NCBI GenBank assembly: GCA_002269645.1
Contig: NIVC01000074.1
Span: 67,186-131,185 of the forward strand
Direction of reading: 5' to 3'
Source: Macrostomum lignano
Taxonomy: Eukaryota
Length of the DNA: 64,000 bases
Shown: one piece after another, positions 1-12,895 of the stretch
How the letters are laid out: each line of letters opens with the position of its first letter
Position numbering within the stretch: position 1 is the first letter of the stretch
The notes under the pieces: generated by a model
What the model was told of the DNA's origin: nothing
Databases searched by the model: none
The model's input: the letters and a program-made list of their open reading frames with translations, nothing else
Program-made: the position numbers and the translations under genes

Positions 1-7
1 ATTTCAG

Positions 8-3000
8 CCAGGTAATCTACAAAACCGGACGGCCCTGTTCGGAGTGCCCGCCTGATAAACCGTTTTGTTTTGACGATCTTTGTGTTAGCAGCGAGTTGGC
101 TCTCTCACCGGAGACATCGAAAACTTACGGCGTGAATATGAAAGAACGATTAGGTAACATTCGTCGGGCTTCATTAATTCTCGTAGCTAACTGTACGCTC
201 CAATGAATTGTATTCATATCTGAGTTTCAGAATGCAAATTGACTTGCCAAAACTGCGGTCAGTTGGTGTCAGTGCTGACCGGTCCCAAGCTGAAATGTCA
301 ATGCAACTGCCAAGACGCCTACGGAACTGGGCACCTGTGCCAAGGTGAGATTTCGATTGGTAGCCATGAAAATATTTGTAGAGAAACTTCAATCCAGCTA
401 CTGACAGTCTCCATCTAGCTACTGAAGTCTCCATCTAGCTACTGACAGTCTCCATCTAGTTACTGACAGTCTCGATCTAGCAACTGACAGTCTCGATCTA
501 GCTACTGACAGTCTCGATCTAGCTACTGACAGTCTCGATCTAGCTACTGACAGTCTCGATCTAGCTACTGACAGTCTCCATCTAGCTACTGACAGACTCA
601 ATCTAGCTACTGACAGTCTCCATCTAGCTACTGACAGACTCAATCTAGCTACTGACAGTCTCCATCTAGCTACTGACAGTCTCCATCTAGCTACTGACAG
701 TCTCGATCTAGCTACTGACAGTCTCCATCTAGCTACTGACAGTCTCGATCTAGCTTCTGACAGTCTCCATCTAGCTACTGACAGTCTCGATCTAGCTACT
801 GACAGTCTCGATCTAGCTACTGACTGTCTCCATCTAGCTACTGACAGTCTCGATCTAGCTACTGACTGTCTCCATCTAGCTTCTGACAGTCTCCATCTAG
901 CTACTGACAGTCTCCATCTAGCTTCTGACAGTCTCAATCTAGCTACTGACAGTCTCCATCTAGCTACTGACAGTCTCTATCTAGCTACTGACAGTCTCCG
1001 TCTAGCTTCTGACAGTCTCAATCTAGCTACTGACAGTCTCCATCTAGCTACTGACAGTCTCCATCTAGCTACTGACAGACTCAATCTAGCTACTGACTGT
1101 CTCGATCTAGCTACTGACAGTCTCCATCTAGCTTCTGACAGTCTCCATCTAGCTTCTGACAGTCTCCATCTAGCTACTGACAGACTCAATCTAGCTACTG
1201 ACAGTCTCCATCTAGCTACTGACAGTCTCCATCTAGCTACTGACAGTCTCCATCTAGCTACTGACAGTCTCCATCTAGCTACTGACAGTCTCCATCTAGC
1301 TACTGACAGTCTCCATCTAGCTACTGACAGTCTCGATCTAGCTACTGACAGTCTCGATCTAGCTACTGACAGTCTCGATCTAGCTACTGACAGTCTCCAT
1401 CTAGCTTCTGACAGTCTCCATCTAGCTACTGACAGTCTCCATCTAGCTTCTGACAGTCTCAATCTAGCTACTGACAGTCTCCATCTTGCTACTGACAGTC
1501 TCCATCTAGCTACTGACCGACTCAATCTAGCTACTGACAGTCTCCATCTAGCTACTGACAGACTCAATCTAGCTACTGACAGTCTCCATCTAGCTACTGA
1601 CAGACTCAATCTAGCTACTGACAGTCTCGATCTAGCTACTGACAGACTCAATCTAGCTACTGACAGTCTCGATCTAGCTACTGACAGTCTCCATCTAGCT
1701 ACTGACAGTCTCTATCTAGCTACTGACAGACTCAATCTAGCTACTGACAGTCTCCATTTAGCTACTGACAGTCTCCATCTAGCTACTGACTGTCTCGATC
1801 TAGCTACTGACAGTCTCCATCTAGCTTCTGACAGTCTCCATCTAGCTACTGACAGGTTCGATCTAGCTACTGACAGTCTCCATCTAGCTTCTGACAGTCT
1901 CCATCTAGCTACTGACAGTCTCCATCTAGCTTCTGACAGTCTCAATCTAGCTACTGACAGTCTCCATCTAGCTACTGACAGTCTCCATCTAGCTACTGAC
2001 AGTCTCCATCTAGCTACTGACAGTCTCCATCTAGCTACTGACAGACTCAATCTAGCTACTGACAGTCTCCATCTAGCTACTGACAGACTCAATCTAGCTA
2101 CTGACAGCCTCCATCTAGCTACTGACAGCCTCCATCTAGCTACTGACAGACTCAATCTAGCTACTGACAGTCTCCATCTAGCTACTGACAGTCTCAATCT
2201 GAATTTTCACTTTGCAAATCGCCCACCAGATCGGAATGCCAGATTGCCAAAGCAGAATTGCGAGCCCTGCTCTCCCAGACCGAGTTGTTTAAATGGAGGA
2301 AAAGTTGGGCCCAAGTCGGATTGCACCTGCATCTGTCCCGATGGCTTCTCAGGACAGCGTTGCGAACTCGACGAGAATAGGTGGAATAACAGCATCAGCA
2401 TGAGCCTTAAAAGTGTCGAAAATCAGTTCAAGCAAATATCGGCCCCAACAAAAGGCATGGTAATTTTTTTCGTCATAGTTAATTAGTAATTAGTAATTAA
2501 TAATTATTTGGCTTAAAAACTTCATCATATTTCAATTTTTTGGTTTTTATTATCAACGATTACCAATTGCGGAAACATTACGACAAAGGAGCAAAGACTC
2601 CAAGGCGTACAGTGTAGATGCGATGGAGAACGGAGGGATTCTTTATTTGATGTTTTACAGCCACAACGCACAATGTAGGGTGACGCACTGCTGGGTGACA
2701 GCACAATGTAGGGTGACGCACTGCTGGGTGACAGCACAATGTAGGGTGACGCACTGCTGGGTGACAGCACAATGTAGGGTGACGCACTGCTGGGTGACAG
2801 CACAATGTAGGGTGACGCACTGCTGGTTGACAGCACAATGTAGGGTGACGCACTGCTGGGTGACAGCACAATGTAGGGTGACGCACTGCTGGGTGACAGC
2901 ACAATGTAGGGTGACGCACTGCTGGTTGACAGCACAATGTAGGGTGACGCACTGCTGGGTGACAGCACAATGTAGTGTGACGCACTGCTGGGTGTCAAAG

Positions 3001-3821
3001 CTACGCAGTGTCATTCAGGCCCGCCTTGCCCAGACAACCACAGCCACAGCAGCCGCGGAAGCAGTGCCAGCAGGGCTCGAAGGTTCCATATACGAGCGTT
3101 GGAGCGTAGTTCTGTCTAAACAAAGCTATAAGGCCAGATCAAAACTCGTGTCCAATCAGAATTGTTGAATGGAAAGCCAATCAGAAAACTCGTGTCCAAT
3201 CAGAATTGTTGAATGGAAAGCCAATCAGAAAACTCGTGTCCAATCAGAATTGTTGAATGGAAAGCCAATCAGAAAACTCGTGTCCAATCAGAATTGTTGA
3301 ATGGAAAGCCAATCAGAAAGCGAGTGGTCTGAAACGTGAGCGCAAAATTGGTAGAGTACAACACAGTTTAGACGCAACGGTCGATAACAAATAACATCCA
3401 TATGGTTGGAACAAAGGAGCTTCAAAAACGCCAAATCTATCGTCAAAAATCACTTTACGAAGTCCCAGACATGCTCGACGGGGTTCATCGCTGCATCTGC
3501 CTTAATTTTTGTCTTTACAGTTCCACTCAACAATCTGGCCAATGCTGCAAAGTCAGATTGCCAGCTTCATGACGGCAGAGTGCGAAGTCAATGCGACCCA
3601 CCTGGCGCTGTGCTGCTCCCGAGATGCCGCAGATTTCGGCAAGCCGAGAGGAGAGATCAAACCGACTGGAGTGAGACTAAACAGGAGCAGCGTAGAGCGA
3701 AACTGTGACGGATCGCTGCATTTCACTTTTGGTGTAGTCGCTACTGACAGCAGTAGTAGCTTATGCGAATTATCGTTGACTGCTGCCGCTAAGGCTGCCG
3801 GAGCAGGTGCATCATCGGGAA
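8..3821 (+). CDS. Paralog A (5'-partial), spliced: CAP hinge + two EGF-like + shared C-terminal domain; exons 8-153, 231-344, 2230-2459, 3521-3821; last exon uncertain (possibly ~4088-4194)
   Basis: AG/GT-bounded exons with consistent phases (2-1, 1-1, 1-0, 0-1) give QVIYKTGRPCSECPPDKPFCFDDLC, ECKLTCQNCG...CQCNCQDAYGTGHLCQ, CEPCSPRPSCLNGG...CTCICPDGFSGQRCE, FHSTIWPML...LCCSR. Exon phases and motifs match paralogs B and C. The signal peptide and CAP core would lie upstream of the window. Confidence 0.8.
394..2199. repeat. 21-bp minisatellite (CATCTAGCTACTGACAGTCTC), ~85 copies, in paralog A intron 345-2229
   Basis: Tandem unit read directly; the ORFs here (ARWRLSV repeats) are just translations of it. 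Confidence 0.97.
2664..2995. repeat. 33-bp minisatellite (GTGACGCACTGCTGGGTGACAGCACAATGTAGG), ~10 copies, intronic
   Basis: Tandem unit read directly. Confidence 0.95.
3140..3320. repeat. ~44-bp tandem repeat (AAAACTCGTGTCCAATCAGAATTGTTGAATGGAAAGCCAATCAG), ~4 copies, intronic
   Basis: Tandem unit read directly; two CCAATCAG motifs per unit. Confidence 0.9.
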
Positions 3822-3884
3822 GTGAGTTGTAATTTTTTTAAATTTGAAATTTTTGAAAATTTTGAAAGAAAATGATTTTAGTAT

Positions 3885-4085
3885 GAAGTGTCGGAGATAG
3901 AAGTGTCGGAGATATGAAGAGTCGGAGATATGAAGTGTCGGAGATATGAAATGTCGGAGATATGAATTGTCGGAGATATGAAGTGTCGGAGATATGAAGT
4001 GTCGGAGATATGAAGTGTCGGAGATTTGAAGTGTCGGAGATGTGAAGTGTCGGATATATGAAGTGTCGGAGATATGAAGTGTCAG
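3885..4085. repeat. 16-bp minisatellite (GAAGTGTCGGAGATAT), ~12 copies, after the paralog A donor at 3822
   Basis: Tandem unit read directly. Confidence 0.93.
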
Positions 4086-4351
4086 AGACCCAAGTGAAAA
4101 CCGTTCTTTTGCTTTAGCTGTGTTGCTAGAGACAAACTTTATTTTTGCAACAACACTGTCTGGAAGCATTGATCAAAATGTCACTTCACGTTAATGTCCT
4201 CTGATTAATGACCAGTCATTGACTGTAAGACAAACGGCAATTTTAATTTAAAGGGCAAACCAGACAAACGAAGCAACAATTTATTTTAAACTAATTATGG
4301 TAAAGTCCTATGAAGTCATATTAAGCTTCATGTCATCAGCTGTCTTATTTA

Positions 4352-4945
4352 TCAAACGAATTTGCATTCGGAGAAGGTGCAGTTGTTAAAGCTAAACTTC
4401 GCCGTCGCCAGATTTTCCTGATTAACGCCGGTGATTTGCGTGTTTGACACCACATTGACATTCAGCTCACTGGCCCCAGAATCGCTTGGTCCTACGTGTC
4501 CAGCCTGGTCACATTTAACTTCTTCTTCTTTAGTTTGCAGTGCCAATGCCGACGTCACAGCATAGCTGCTCGCTTGCAGAGATCGGTCCCAACGTTTTGT
4601 AAGTTGACACCGCGATTCTGCTTCGTTGAATATGTGGGACTTCCGTTCGCAGAGTTTGCCAGTGGCTGTGGAAATAAATGGTTATCCTTGGTTTCAACTG
4701 GTAGAAGGTCTAGATACCGTCGTACCTTTTCAGTATCGTAAATCCTTGCCTGCTTGTTGTCGGGTTTTGCTTTACTTCTCACTGGATCCGCGGACTTATT
4801 CTTAGACGGAAGAGACATCTCGTCGTGTCAGATGCTGCAGGTGCTCTTGGCCTCTTTCGCCCAAGCAATAAAGGACATAAAACAGAAATTTGTCCTGCTC
4901 TGCCACTGCCGTACCTCCCTCAAAGTAGCATGCGAGCTTTTGCAT
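4352..4945 (-). mobile_element. Degenerate Crypton-type (DUF3504/KCTD1-N-like) tyrosine recombinase remnant 1
   Basis: Minus-strand fragments across frameshifts: FLFYVLYCLGERGQEHLQHLTRRDV (RG box), QARIY...VRRYLDLLP...HLFPQPL, YSTKQNRGVNLQNV...CKRAAML, VTSALA...EEEV...AGH, and a FSFNNCTF tail. Motif order matches animal Crypton recombinases; the NHSxRAT box is missing. Confidence 0.65.
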
Positions 4946-5928
4946 ATCACCAGTCTCCAATCTCGATGTTTATGGCCTCCAATTTCGGCCATAGACAACT
5001 GCTTCACCAATGTTATCTGCGGTACTGGCCATAGACATGAAGTGTACGCATCGATATTTTATTTCCCGCCTTTTCACCCATAGACAATTCAATCAATGCA
5101 GCTATACTATGAAGCACGAATTCAAGTTAATGACCAAGGGCACGAGTGCGCGTAGTCATACGTTATATTAACCTACCATTAACTAAAAACTCATGCTTTT
5201 TACAGCAACGGCAAAGTACATTCCGCTCTCCTACCTGCTCCCCGCGGTGAAGAAGCGACATAGAGGACTCAATGGTCAGTTGCTTTCCCATAAGCGAGGC
5301 GTTGTCATTCAGAGCATTGATCCAGCCAAAGAGCCTGACGTGCACGATTTCAATAGGAACAGCTCGAAGACTGCAGGAGACACTGGCGGGCAGTGCTTGA
5401 AGCCGGTGCAAAGTCGCAGTCAGGCATTGACAGCACCTGGCACTGTCATCGCGTGTACACTTGCATGCACCCTCTCTGCATCATTTTTTCTAAATTTTGT
5501 TCGCATCTTTTTTTAGTGCATCAGAAGACTATGTAGGCGGCTCTACTACGTAGTGAGAAACTTTTGCATGTGCGCAAAGCAGAATTGAGTAAAAATTTCT
5601 CGGCAAAATATACGAGCGTGCATCTACGCCACTAAACGCTGTTATGAAATACAGTTCCTGGCCTACTGAACTGATATAGTTAGGGCAATTTATTATTTGG
5701 GGATTGTGTGCACAAACATGGGCCTAGGGGAGGGCCTAGGGGAGGACTTTAAATTAGTCAGAATTAGTCAGTCAGAAATTAGTCAGCTCGTAAGTTTCAT
5801 CAATTCTAGGAAAGCCGTAAAATTTGACAATTCTTCTCATTTTAACACAAGCAGCAATAGAAAGTGTATTAAATTGTACGCTGTTTATTCTGTTTCAGTA
5901 GGAAATAAAATTCGACATCAGAGTCGCA

Positions 5929-8900
5929 TCATTTTGTTAGCAATACGGACAGCAATGCTGTAATAAAATTAATAAATGGTGCAACCTTTAGCCTGGAAGA
6001 GTACGACTTCTCAGTAATATCACTTTTCCTATCAATACAGTCTGTAATGTTAGAATTGTCAACGTCATTGCGACTAGATCTAGCGGCATAAGACGTCCAT
6101 ATCCATCCGTAGTCCTTGCCAAAATCTGCTCGAGATTCCAAGAAATCAATGGCTCCAATGGCAACGCCTTGAGGCAAAGATTCGTCAATTTCCCGCTTGT
6201 ACTGCTGTACAGCCAGTCGGATAACCGCAGAGCGGACGAACTTTGCTGGTTGCGCTGGCGTGGAAAATTGTTTACGAATTATGGATATTATGGATTTTAT
6301 ATTGATTGTATTTTCGGCAGTTCAGCTAAATAGCTAAGCAATGTGAGTGGCGATTTAGCAACGTGTGAAGAAACCACGAGAATGCAAAATTTCAGTCACC
6401 AGTAGTCGTGGCATTAGGGCGCATTCAGGAGCTCACATTTTTCTTTAACTGAGCTTTAGCACCGGGGGCTTTAGCACCGGGGGCTTTAGTACCGGGGGCT
6501 TTAGTACCGGGGCTTTAGCACCGGGGGCTTTAGCACCGGGGGCTTTAGCACCGGGGGCTTTAGCACCGGGGGCTTTAGCACCGGGGGCTTTAGCACCGGG
6601 GGCTTTAGCACCGGGGGCTTTAGCACCGGGGGCTTTAGCACCGGAGGCTTTAGAACCAAGGGCTTTAGCAGTTGCCACTGTATCTGTTTCACTACCTCAG
6701 CAAGTAAAAAGCAGAGCAGCACTAATCACTCACCTCGATCAAGCAGCAGTTTACGCTTCTGTACTTTTAATTTTCCCACCGAGCACAGGGTGCTGCTACC
6801 CGCCGGCACGCCAATGTAGATCAGCAGCTGCAGACCGCCGCCAGCAACCTGGTTGATGGTGCCCTGCAAATAATTGACGTCTTCCGGGCCAACATAAGAT
6901 GCAGAACCAACCTCGACCGTGTAGCTCCTGCCTGAGCAGCACAACTCATAATTGTAATGGTTTCGGCAGAACTTTGTAACGGCTTCGGCAACCGCTGAGC
7001 GGAACTTTAGATTCCAAATCTCCATGTGGAACTGTAGGTTGAAAATGATATGGGCTTACAGGCTTTCAGTTCTGGATGCATGTAAGTAGTCAGTTCCAAA
7101 AAATATTATGTTTCACTTAGGTATACTGGCGCCACACTGTTTATACTAGCGCCACACTGTTTATAATAGCGCCACACTGTTTATACTGGCGCCACACTGT
7201 TTATACTGGCTCCACACTGTTTATACTAGCGCCACACTGTTCATACTAGCGCCACACTGTTTATACTGGCGCCACACTGTTTATACTGGCGCCAAACTGT
7301 TTACACTGGCGCCACACTGTTTATACTGGCGCCACACTGTTTATACTGGCGCCAAACTGTTTATACTGGCGCCAAACTGTTTGTACTGGCGCCACACTGT
7401 TTACACTGGCGCCACACTGTTTATACTGGCGCCACACTGTTTACACTGGCGCCACACTGTTTATACTGGCGCCACACTGTTCATACTGGCGCCACACTGT
7501 TTATACTAGCGCCACACTGTTTATACTGGCTCCACACTGTTTATACTGGCGCCACACTGTTTATAATAGCGCCACACTGTTTATATTGGCGCCACACTGT
7601 TTATACTGGCGCCACACTGTTGATACTAGCGCCACACTGTTTATACTAGCGCCACACTGTTTATACTGGCGCCACACTGTTTACACTGGCGCCACAAAAC
7701 TTACCTGAGCTTTAGCGATCGGTGGCAAGACAACCAGGGGCCCCGATCTGAACCAGGCCGCCGACACAAATGTCAGTTTCACACTATTAACATGCAGAAT
7801 AGCCGAGATTTCGCAGTATTTACCAACAAATTCGAGCGGACATAAACAGCCGCAGTGCACTTTTGCCGGGAATACAAATGCCAAGTAGTTGACGCCACTG
7901 TTCAGACACTTGGAAGACTTCATTGACTCGCACTCTTTGCAGGCTTCGATGGACGAGCCCTCTGCGGGTTAGCGTAAATTCAGGCCTTAATAGCTACACA
8001 GTGCTCACACAGGGTGTACAGTGCTCACACAGGGTGTTCAGTGCTCACACAGGGTGTTCAGTGTTTAAACAGGGTGTACAGTGCTCACACAGGGTGTACA
8101 GTGCTCACACAGGGTGTGAAGTGCTCACACAGGGTGTAAAGTGCTCACACAGGGTGTTCAGTGTCTAAACAGGGTATACAGTGCTCACACAGGGTGTAAA
8201 GTGCCCACACAGGGTGTTCAGTGTCTAAACAGGGTATACAGTGCTCACACAGGGTGTACAGTGCTCACACAGGGTGTACAGTGCTCACACAGGGTGTTCA
8301 GTGCTCACACAGGGTGTACAGTGCTCACACAGGGTGTACAGCACTCGACCAGGATGTACAATAACCTAATGTAACGTGTACGCAAACCCTACTGTATTAA
8401 AATTTTCTGTTAATTTTCCATTTTTTATAATTCATAATTGCACTGCGTTGAACCACCTCTATCAATAACCAAGGCGCTAAAAAATTAGAAAACTTACTCT
8501 CGCAGTATTTTCCACTGTTTGAAGGATGGCAAAGACACTCGCATTTGTGAACTGCAGTCGAAAAAGTACTGATAGAAGAACTCATCACGGTGGCTGAAAA
8601 ATCTGTCCTTAATGCACAATTCCTGCAATCGATTCTGCAAGCTGCAACAGGTTAATTACGAGTTATACATGTACATGTATTGCATGATGGGCGGAACGCA
8701 CTGAGTGCAAGGTAGATAAGGGAAATGACAGAAATGAGTGCCAGGTAGATAAGGGAAAGGACAGAACTGAGTGCCGGGTAGATAAGGGAAAGGACAGAAC
8801 TGAGTGCCAGGTAGATAAGGGAAAGGACAGAAATGAGTGCCAGGTAGATAAGGGAAAGGACAGAAATGAGTGCCAGGTAGATAAGGGAAAGGACAGAACT

Positions 8901-10850
8901 GAGTGCCAGGTAGATAAGGGAAAGGACAGAACTGAGTGCCAGGTAGATAAGGGAAAGGACAGAAATGAGTGCCAGGTAGATAAGGGAATTGTCGGGCAGA
9001 ATGAGTGAACTTCAGCAGGCAGCGGATCAAAGTCTGACATTTGTTCTGAACAGAGTCCAGCTCGTCGTGCTCTGGTCCTTTAGCCAAGTTGCCAGACGCA
9101 CACAGACCGCCGAAACAGGCTGAAAACTTCGCAGGACAGTCGGAGCAACTGCAGCCAAACTGGTTTTCGAATGCTCTGAAGAAATGTTACATTTTTCAAT
9201 TTTAGATAAATAGCTGATGAGAAACTTAAAGTATATAAAAATATATGAGATACATACATGTACATGTATATACAGTGTGATTTATGCACACCCAGTGTGA
9301 TTTACTGTATGCACACCCAGTGTGATTTATGCACACCCAGTGTGATTTATGCACACCCAGTGTGATTTATGTACACCTTGTGTGATTTATGTACGCCCTG
9401 TGTGATTTATGTACGCCCGGTGTTATTAAGTACACCTTGTGTGATTTATGTACACACTGTGTGATTTATGCACACCCAGTGTGATTTATGTACACCCTGT
9501 GTGATTTATATGTACACCCAGTATGATTTATGTACACTCTGTGTGATTATGTACACCCTGTGTGATTTATGTACACCTAGTGTGATTTATGTACGCCCAG
9601 TGTGATTTATGTACATCCAATGTGATTAATGTACACCCAGTGTGATTTATGTACATCCGATGTGATTAATGTATACCCAATGTGATTTATATACATCCAA
9701 TGTGATTAATGTACACCCAGTGTGATTTATGCACATCCAGTGTGATTTATGTACACCCAGAGTGATTTATGTACACCCAGTGTGATTTATGTACACCCAG
9801 TGTGATTTATGCACACCCAGTGTGATTTATGAACACCCAGTGTGATTTATGTACGCCCTGTGCGATTTATGTACACCCAGTGTGATTATGTACACCCATT
9901 TGTGATAAATGTACCCCCATTTGATAACTGTACACCCATGTGAAAACTGAAGCCTGTGTAAGCTCTGCGGGTTAAGCCATAGGTGTTAAATTTCTTACAT
10001 TCCTGCAGCCTTGCTGTAACCGCACACAACCATGCGAGTGCTATCTTTACAGTCGGTGAAACCGCAGCCAATGACACTCTGCGATTGTCGCATCATGTTA
10101 GAATAATTTCTGGTCGAACAACCTGGCTTTGGAATCCAGTTATCTTGCTGGCTAATGTTGAAGTGGCTCTTCTCCGCGTACCAGTGCAATATGACATTCT
10201 CTGGGCTGGCCGTAGCTTTTGATCCTTTGTACATGTTGAAGTCGTGTCCGTCAAGTTTGGGATAAAGTTTGCTGATATTAACACTGAGATTGCAGTGCTG
10301 GCTGATTTGGCTAGCAAAGTCCGCTATCGACTGGTTCCACTCCTGGGTTCAAGAGATCAAAGGTTCAAGAGTTCATGAGTTCAGAATTTCATGAGTTCGA
10401 GTTTGAGTTCAAGATTTCACGAGTTCACGAGTTCAAGAGCTCAAGAGTTCACGAGTTCAAGAGTTCACGAGTTCAAGACTTCACGAGTTCAAGACTTCAC
10501 GAGTTCACGAGTTCATGAGTTCACGAGTTCAAGACTTCACGAGTTCAAGAGTTCAAGACTTCACGAGTTCAAGAGCTCATGGGTTTAGGAGTTCATGAGT
10601 TTTATGACACGAGTTTTATGACACGAGTGAGCAGGCTAGTGAGTAGCAGCTACTCAACTTCTCAAAGTTCAGCCAGCCAACTCACCAAAAGCAGCATGGC
10701 TCTGGCAGTAGGAAAAATCGCCTGTCTCAGCCGATTGTGAGTCACCACAAATGCTAACTTGTCTTTCTCAGAGATAGAGGCTAGAACCGGACTCAAACAG
10801 CAATTAAACACTGTCAAAAGGCAGCAAAAGATGTGTGCCTGATGCTGCAT
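5929..10850 (-). CDS. Paralog B, complete spliced gene: signal peptide + CAP/SCP + hinge + two EGF-like + shared C-terminal domain + hydrophobic tail; exons 10850-10686, 10342-9999, 9175-9039, 8641-8498, 7961-7705, 7031-6734, 6254-5929
   Basis: Seven GT-AG exons join in frame (phases 0,2,1,1,0,1). Motifs: THNRLR, EWNQSIADFA, HWYAEK, IGCG...MVVCGY, CSDCPAKFSACFGGLC, CRIDCRNC...CECLC...SGKYCE, CLNSG...CGCLCPLEFVGKYCE, FHMEIWNL...FC...ELCC, ending APFINFITALLSVLLTK*. Confidence 0.85.
6453..6670. repeat. 15-bp minisatellite (GGGGCTTTAGCACCG) in paralog B intron 6
   Basis: Tandem unit read directly. Confidence 0.93.
7124..7695. repeat. 20-bp minisatellite (TACTGGCGCCACACTGTTTA) in paralog B intron 5
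   Basis: Tandem unit read directly; ends ~9 nt from the splice donor at 7704. Confidence 0.95.
7995..8345. repeat. 20-bp minisatellite (GTGCTCACACAGGGTGTACA) in paralog B intron 4
   Basis: Tandem unit read directly. Confidence 0.95.
8700..9005. repeat. 33-bp minisatellite (GTGCCAGGTAGATAAGGGAAAGGACAGAAATGA) in paralog B intron 3
   Basis: Tandem unit read directly. Confidence 0.95.
9274..9935. repeat. 20-bp minisatellite (GTGTGATTTATGTACACCCA) in paralog B intron 2
   Basis: Tandem unit read directly. Confidence 0.95.
10364..10625. repeat. 8/16-bp degenerate repeat (GAGTTCAC/GAGTTCAA) in paralog B intron 1
   Basis: Tandem unit read directly. Confidence 0.9.
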
Positions 10851-11975
10851 TTATTGTCTGTTGAATCATTGAACGAAACTATTTTCTTTACGGTTGACCA
10901 GAGAATATCGAGCGCTCGATATTCCCTGCGGTTGACTTAAGCAACACCCAAATTGAACTATTGCAGTTCGTTTAAAATCTAAATCTATAATTCTGTCTAT
11001 GGCCAAAACTCCGCTGACTGATGAGATCTACAGTATATGGCTAAACCAAGCTTATTTGCTGATTCAGATTCCAACACAGATCGTTGAACAACTTCTTATA
11101 TAGAATCCCTAATTTTCTAGACCAAGGGAAACCAGGGAAGCCTCCCTGGCTTCCCTGGGAAAACATATCAAAAGATGAATATATACTTAGCCTAGGCGTG
11201 TTGAAACGGGGTGAAACACACGGCATCCTACCCGCTGCAATAATCTATGGCCGACTTCAATAAGTAAAAAACCTCGTATGTATATAAGTATCTAGTTAAT
11301 GTTTCTTCCACTTGTAGATTTCGGAAGTAAAGCTTTGTACTGCTAAATACATGTAATGCTTAGTATCAGTTACTATTTTTTCAATTCGCAAAATAAGGAG
11401 TTTTGGTCATAGACAATTTTTTTAGATTTCGTTCTTTCTTTCTTTGTCTAGAGTGCTGCAGGTGTGCAAATGTGGGGGCTCCGGCCTCAAACCCCCGCAA
11501 GGGGGCTCAGCGCCCTCTTGACCCCGCTTTCTTTTGACTTTGCCATAGACATTTTCAGCGGGCTATGAAACCAACTGAATGCATTGGAGTAAATGGGATT
11601 TTACCATAGACAGTCTCTATACTATAGACAAACACATAGCTCGTTTCTGCCCTTTGCAGCCCATCAATATTGGTATATTCAGTTTGCCTTTCTGCTTCCT
11701 TCCTTTTAGGCTTTGTCTATGTGACAATGGCGCCCGAGTGATTTCCCATTATCGCCCGCAAAGCCTGGGTAATACTGTGATTGTACCATAGACTATGTGG
11801 CTGAGCTGCATTGATGAATATGGGCATGGGGGTGTGGGGGCGAAGCCCCACATTTCAACCATAGACATAATATGATTTAGTGAGAAACTATACAGTTCAA
11901 TTAAAAGAGAAAGAATAAAGAAGCGAAGAGAAGCTAAAAAAGAGAGAAAGAAGCGAGACTGCTGCCGTCATATTC

Positions 11976-12355
11976 AAGATCGACCATGCTCTCGCGGGAC
12001 TATACACTAACCATTCGATCCGCGCAACAAAACAACCATTACAAGCCTGGCGTCTGATGGATTCAGTGCCGAAGCGATTCAAACCGTCTCCAGACACAAA
12101 AAGGTGGATAGTGTTGTCCGTTATACAAAGCGGACAACGGTGGCCCAGAAGCGAGCATTGTCTTCTGCTATCACAGATAGTCTACATGCCTCTACGTCGA
12201 GCGTGGTCAGTCATCAAGCACAAGAGTCAGTTGCACTGTGCGAGAACGGTCATCTTGCGTTCCAACTGCCGTCACAACTATTGGCCAGCCTGATAAATCC
12301 GGCCCGACGATCGTCTTGGAGAAAAACGGTTCTAAATGTTACGTTTTATATGTGA
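11976..12355 (+). mobile_element. Degenerate Crypton-type tyrosine recombinase remnant 2 (catalytic C-terminal half)
   Basis: ALAGLYTNHSIRAT, then after a frameshift TTITSLASDGFSAEAIQTVSRHKKVDSVVRYTKRTTVAQKRALSSAI: the HxxR box, His and catalytic Tyr pattern of Crypton/DUF3504 recombinases. Confidence 0.75.
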
Positions 12356-12895
12356 GTGCGAAAAGGACGCTTTGCAAAAGTTGAGTTCGGCTTTGGACTC
12401 TGACTGCTTTGTTTGATTTGTTTTTTTTTGTTTTTTGTTTATTTGGTTGAAATACATGAAATGGAAATAATCCATTATCGGCCCGACTTTTCGGGCCAAA
12501 ATGAAATCGTCTTTGGCAATAATTGAATACCAGCCCGCCCGATAGCCACGTAGTCATGGTACAAAAGTTTTTGTGCTGAAAAAATAATAACCTATTTCCG
12601 TAATCATTTTTACGGAGGCAGGTAAAAACTGGCTCGTTAAATTTTCGAAGAAAGTAAGTTTCCCGTCCTTATTACTTGGTAACTGAATGTACAATGTATC
12701 CAAGTGAATGCAAGACGTAACTTGGCCTAGGGCCCTGTCTAGCTCAGCCAATAAGAGGGCAGCCAGGATCAGGTCAAAGTCAGACGGACGAAACTCAGAT
12801 TAGCCTAGGGGCAGGCCCAATCTAGCTCAGCCAATGAGAGAACAGTAAGGAGAGGGATCAAAGTCAGACACAAGCGTGCCAGAGGAAAGCCAAAC

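Noticed and set aside
419-2197. Long minus-strand ORFs (ARWRLSV repeats)
   Set aside because: Translations of a 21-bp stop-free unit lying inside a defined intron.
3019-3168. Possible extra exon of paralog A (ARLAQTTTATAAAEAV)
   Set aside because: Paralogs B and C splice directly to the FHxxxW exon, and 2459 to 3521 is already in phase; no homologous segment.
6445-6722. AKAPG/LKPPV repeat as a coding exon of paralog B
   Set aside because: It would need a 38-nt intron, the array has a frameshift, and the exon at 6254-5929 matches paralog C in phase and sequence.
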